Shown here one piece after another: positions 60,393-62,858 of a stretch of 62,858 nucleotides of DNA. The notes beneath the pieces were generated by a model, which had not been told where the DNA came from, searched no databases, and was given only the letters and a program-made list of their open reading frames with translations. Made by a program: the position numbers and the translations under genes. The DNA comes from an uncultured bacterium. Lineage in GTDB: Bacteria > CAYUVA01. Position 1 is the stretch's first letter. Each line of letters begins with the position of its first letter. The stretch is from positions 1-62,858 of the forward strand of contig CAYUVA010000022.1 in the NCBI GenBank assembly GCA_964448115.1, in the 5' to 3' direction.

Positions 60393-61259
60393 ATGGCTAT
60401 AATCGAGACTGCTAGAGCTGAGATCTTAAACCACTCGGCAGGGGGAAGCGCTGACCTGGCGGGGGTGAAACTATTCTTGCAGCATAGCGAGATTGTGCCT
60501 AAAGAGCCTGATACGAGGTTGCTTTGCGAGATCTTGAAGCACTTTTCAGTATTTCCTTATGAGAACATGACCAAGATCCTGAAACTGGAGGATAGAAAAT
60601 CGGTCCATGATCCCCGTCGATTGCCGCTTGAGATCATCGAAGATTACCTGGCAATGGGCACCGGTGGTACCTGCTATTCGTTGACCTACTTCCTGAAGGC
60701 TATCCTGGAGTACTGCGGGTTTACCTGTTATCCAGCCTCTGCCAATATGCCCTATGGTGAGGACATGCATTGCGCTCTAATAACGATAGTCGATGGATGC
60801 AAGTACCTTTGCGACCCTGGATACCTGCTGCGCGAACCGCTGCTGATACCGCATTCGGGAAGCCTTGTTTACAACACCGCGGTTAATCAACTAGTACTGC
60901 AAAGAGTTACCGCTACAAACGAGATAAGGCTCCATGTCATACGCAAGGGAATATCAAAACTAAGGTATGTATTGAAGGATGTACCCCTAGATGCTGCCGA
61001 GTTCGACAGGCTGTGGATGCGATCCTTCGATTTCAGGTTGATGAGCTCGCTGGTGATAACCAAGGGATGCCGGGATGGTCAGCTTTTCTTGCATAATCAG
61101 CGAATGCAGGTGATAACCGCCGAGTCGAGGAAGATTCAGAAGATAAAATCCAACTATGCATCGGTGATCGCCGAGTGGTTTCATCTACCTAAGCATCTTA
61201 TCGAAAGGGCAAGACAAGTGGTAGAGAGTAAAAAATCCCATGGACAGACAGGAGGATAA
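60393..61259 (+). CDS. Arylamine N-acetyltransferase family protein
   Basis: FPYEN, GGTCY (Cys), MHCAL (His) and YLCDPG (Asp) give the Cys-His-Asp triad. Confidence 0.85.
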   Translation: MAIIETARAEILNHSAGGSADLAGVKLFLQHSEIVPKEPDTRLLCEILKHFSVFPYENMTKILKLEDRKSVHDPRRLPLEIIEDYLAMGTGGTCYSLTYFLKAILEYCGFTCYPASANMPYGEDMHCALITIVDGCKYLCDPGYLLREPLLIPHSGSLVYNTAVNQLVLQRVTATNEIRLHVIRKGISKLRYVLKDVPLDAAEFDRLWMRSFDFRLMSSLVITKGCRDGQLFLHNQRMQVITAESRKIQKIKSNYASVIAEWFHLPKHLIERARQVVESKKSHGQTGG

Positions 61260-61261
61260 TC

Positions 61262-62260
61262 TTGATTACTAGATGCCGTGGATGGATAACTCAATCCTTT
61301 GTAATTATCATATTCGCAATGCTCTGTTTACATTGTGGCAAAAAGGATCCCTACCAGGGCATGACCGTGGAGGAGAAGAACATTGCACTTTTAAATGAAC
61401 GGATAGCCCAACTGGAGGAGATCCCCCAGCTCTTCGAGCAAGCCCTGAGATCATACTACGATGGTGATACGAACCGGGCGCTGAAGGTGCTCCAGGAGAT
61501 AAGGCAGCGCACCCACAACTACGCGCCAGCTAATCGTATCCTGGGGCATATATACCTTGTGCAAAAGGACTTCCCGGCTGCCGAACAAGTGCTTAACCAG
61601 GCCTCCTTCGCTGATAGACTTAAGTATCGCTTCGAGCTTATCGAGCTTAATCAGAAGCTGCTCAGGCTGACCAGAAAAGGACAGCAGCCGAGCATAGCTG
61701 ACTGCCGCCCGATACTTCTTGTCCTTGATGAGATCCTCAAGCTCAGCCCCTTCAACACCGAGGCATTGAAAACCCTGGAGCTAACCTACAAGATGACAGG
61801 GGAGATCGAACGCGATAAACTGCTCAATCTCGGCGCATCGTTCCCCTTCGAGCCTTATCGACAAGCGTATCAGGCATACCTGGAGGCTGGCTTGTATCCA
61901 GAGGCGATTTGCACATTGGAGAAGGTGGCTGCTGATCCGGCTGGAATCGCTGCATTCCAGGCTTCAAAGGATATTGACCAGGTGGATATATACTTCGAGC
62001 TTGGCGAATGTTACCTCGCCTGGGCTGAGATGTTGGAAGGGAAAAGGGGGGGTGCCAAAGGCGCATCGCAGCTTCTTCCTCGCTTCACGGCAAGGGATGC
62101 GCCGCTCAATTATATGCTAGCAGCGATCTGCTTCAAGCGCTCATTGAATTTGACCCCGGACAACAAGGAGACATATCGACGGCTTCTGACTGTCTATGAG
62201 CGTCTCGGTTACAAGGAGAAAAACATTACCAAGTACATCGACAAGGCAATGGGAGCCTAG
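61262..62260 (+). CDS. TPR-repeat putative lipoprotein
   Basis: Hydrophobic leader ending LHC-G, plus TPR-like helices (ANRILGHIY, IYFELGECY, FKRSLNLTPDN). Confidence 0.75.
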   Translation: MITRCRGWITQSFVIIIFAMLCLHCGKKDPYQGMTVEEKNIALLNERIAQLEEIPQLFEQALRSYYDGDTNRALKVLQEIRQRTHNYAPANRILGHIYLVQKDFPAAEQVLNQASFADRLKYRFELIELNQKLLRLTRKGQQPSIADCRPILLVLDEILKLSPFNTEALKTLELTYKMTGEIERDKLLNLGASFPFEPYRQAYQAYLEAGLYPEAICTLEKVAADPAGIAAFQASKDIDQVDIYFELGECYLAWAEMLEGKRGGAKGASQLLPRFTARDAPLNYMLAAICFKRSLNLTPDNKETYRRLLTVYERLGYKEKNITKYIDKAMGA

Positions 62261-62364
62261 ACGATGAGGAGATCGCCGTCGTCGAGCAGGATCTCAAGCG
62301 ATAATCGCATCCAGGTCGATGACGCTGGCTTTACCAGTGAATATCTATATAATCAATAAGATAG

Positions 62365-62858
62365 AAATTGCTTCGCTTTGCTCGCAATGACAAGGTATGG
62401 AAAAACAACACCTGGATGAATTCAGGTGTTGAGGAAAGCCCATTGAACTCTGAAGAGGTCTCGATTTGCTTGAGGGCGTGAGAGTCATTGAACCACAAAG
62501 GCACCAAGAGGAAGTGATACCGTGAAGAGAGGATGGTGATACAAGGCTAACTGTTTCAGCGCTGACCGCCGGAGTTTACACCGCACTTGGTGCAGCACGG
62601 GAATGACAAGAAGGGTGGCGATTTCCGTAGTTCTGTGATTCCAGCACGGGGGGGAATCCAGTCCTAAAATGCCTAAGAGAATAGCATTAGGCTCAAACAT
62701 AAGTAACACACCCCGTCAACTTATCTGGCACCCCTCTTTTTAGAGGGGATAAAGATCCTCTCCCTAGCCCTCTCCCACTGGGCGGGTGGATCAAAGCTCC
62801 CTTTCCCGCTGTAGTCTGTCTCAAACCCCCCACCTGTCATCCCGAGCGGAGCGGAACG
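62365..62858. repeat. Second cluster of REP-like palindromes at the window end
   Basis: ATTGCTTCGCTTTGCTCGCAATGACA (62367), CGGGAATGACA (62598), TGTGATTCC..GGAATCCA (62634), CCCCTCT-TTTT-AGAGGGG (62731), CCTCTCCCTAGCCCTCTCCC (62757) and TGTCATCCCGAGCGGAGCG (62835). Confidence 0.7.

Overview
A 62.9 kb chromosomal segment from a diderm bacterium, judged from its FadL/OmpP1 porin, a second predicted outer-membrane barrel and several lipoproteins. I cannot assign a taxon. It has about 45 genes. Housekeeping genes include hup, efp-accB-accC, ispH, psd, mobB, ktrBA/trkHA, ccmAB, a nagZ-like GH3 and an acyl-CoA dehydrogenase. Envelope glycosylation genes are unusually dense: about five GT-C-like polytopic membrane proteins, two GT2s, a WcaJ-like priming transferase, an O-antigen-ligase-like protein and an epimerase. 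The main find is a roughly 100-aa domain I do not recognise, with the signature GYxxT..GG..E..G..PxxYxLELx6Gx5WPY[LI], shared by three unrelated secreted proteins. It is C-terminal behind Pro/Thr linkers in a purple acid phosphatase and in a 1542-aa mucin-like beta-helix protein, and N-terminal in a 1087-aa glycosidase-like protein. I infer a lineage-specific surface-anchoring or sorting module, possibly coupled to protein O-glycosylation. Other notable items are an EF-P with an Arg tip and an extended loop, a group II intron domain V relic, two clusters of GTCAT-type REP-like palindromes, a 26-aa hydrophobic sORF inside a long hairpin, a palindromic operator-like site over a consensus hup promoter, and several decayed genes. 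I saw no rRNA, tRNA, CRISPR array or intact mobile element. All family calls come from motif recognition by eye, not database searches.
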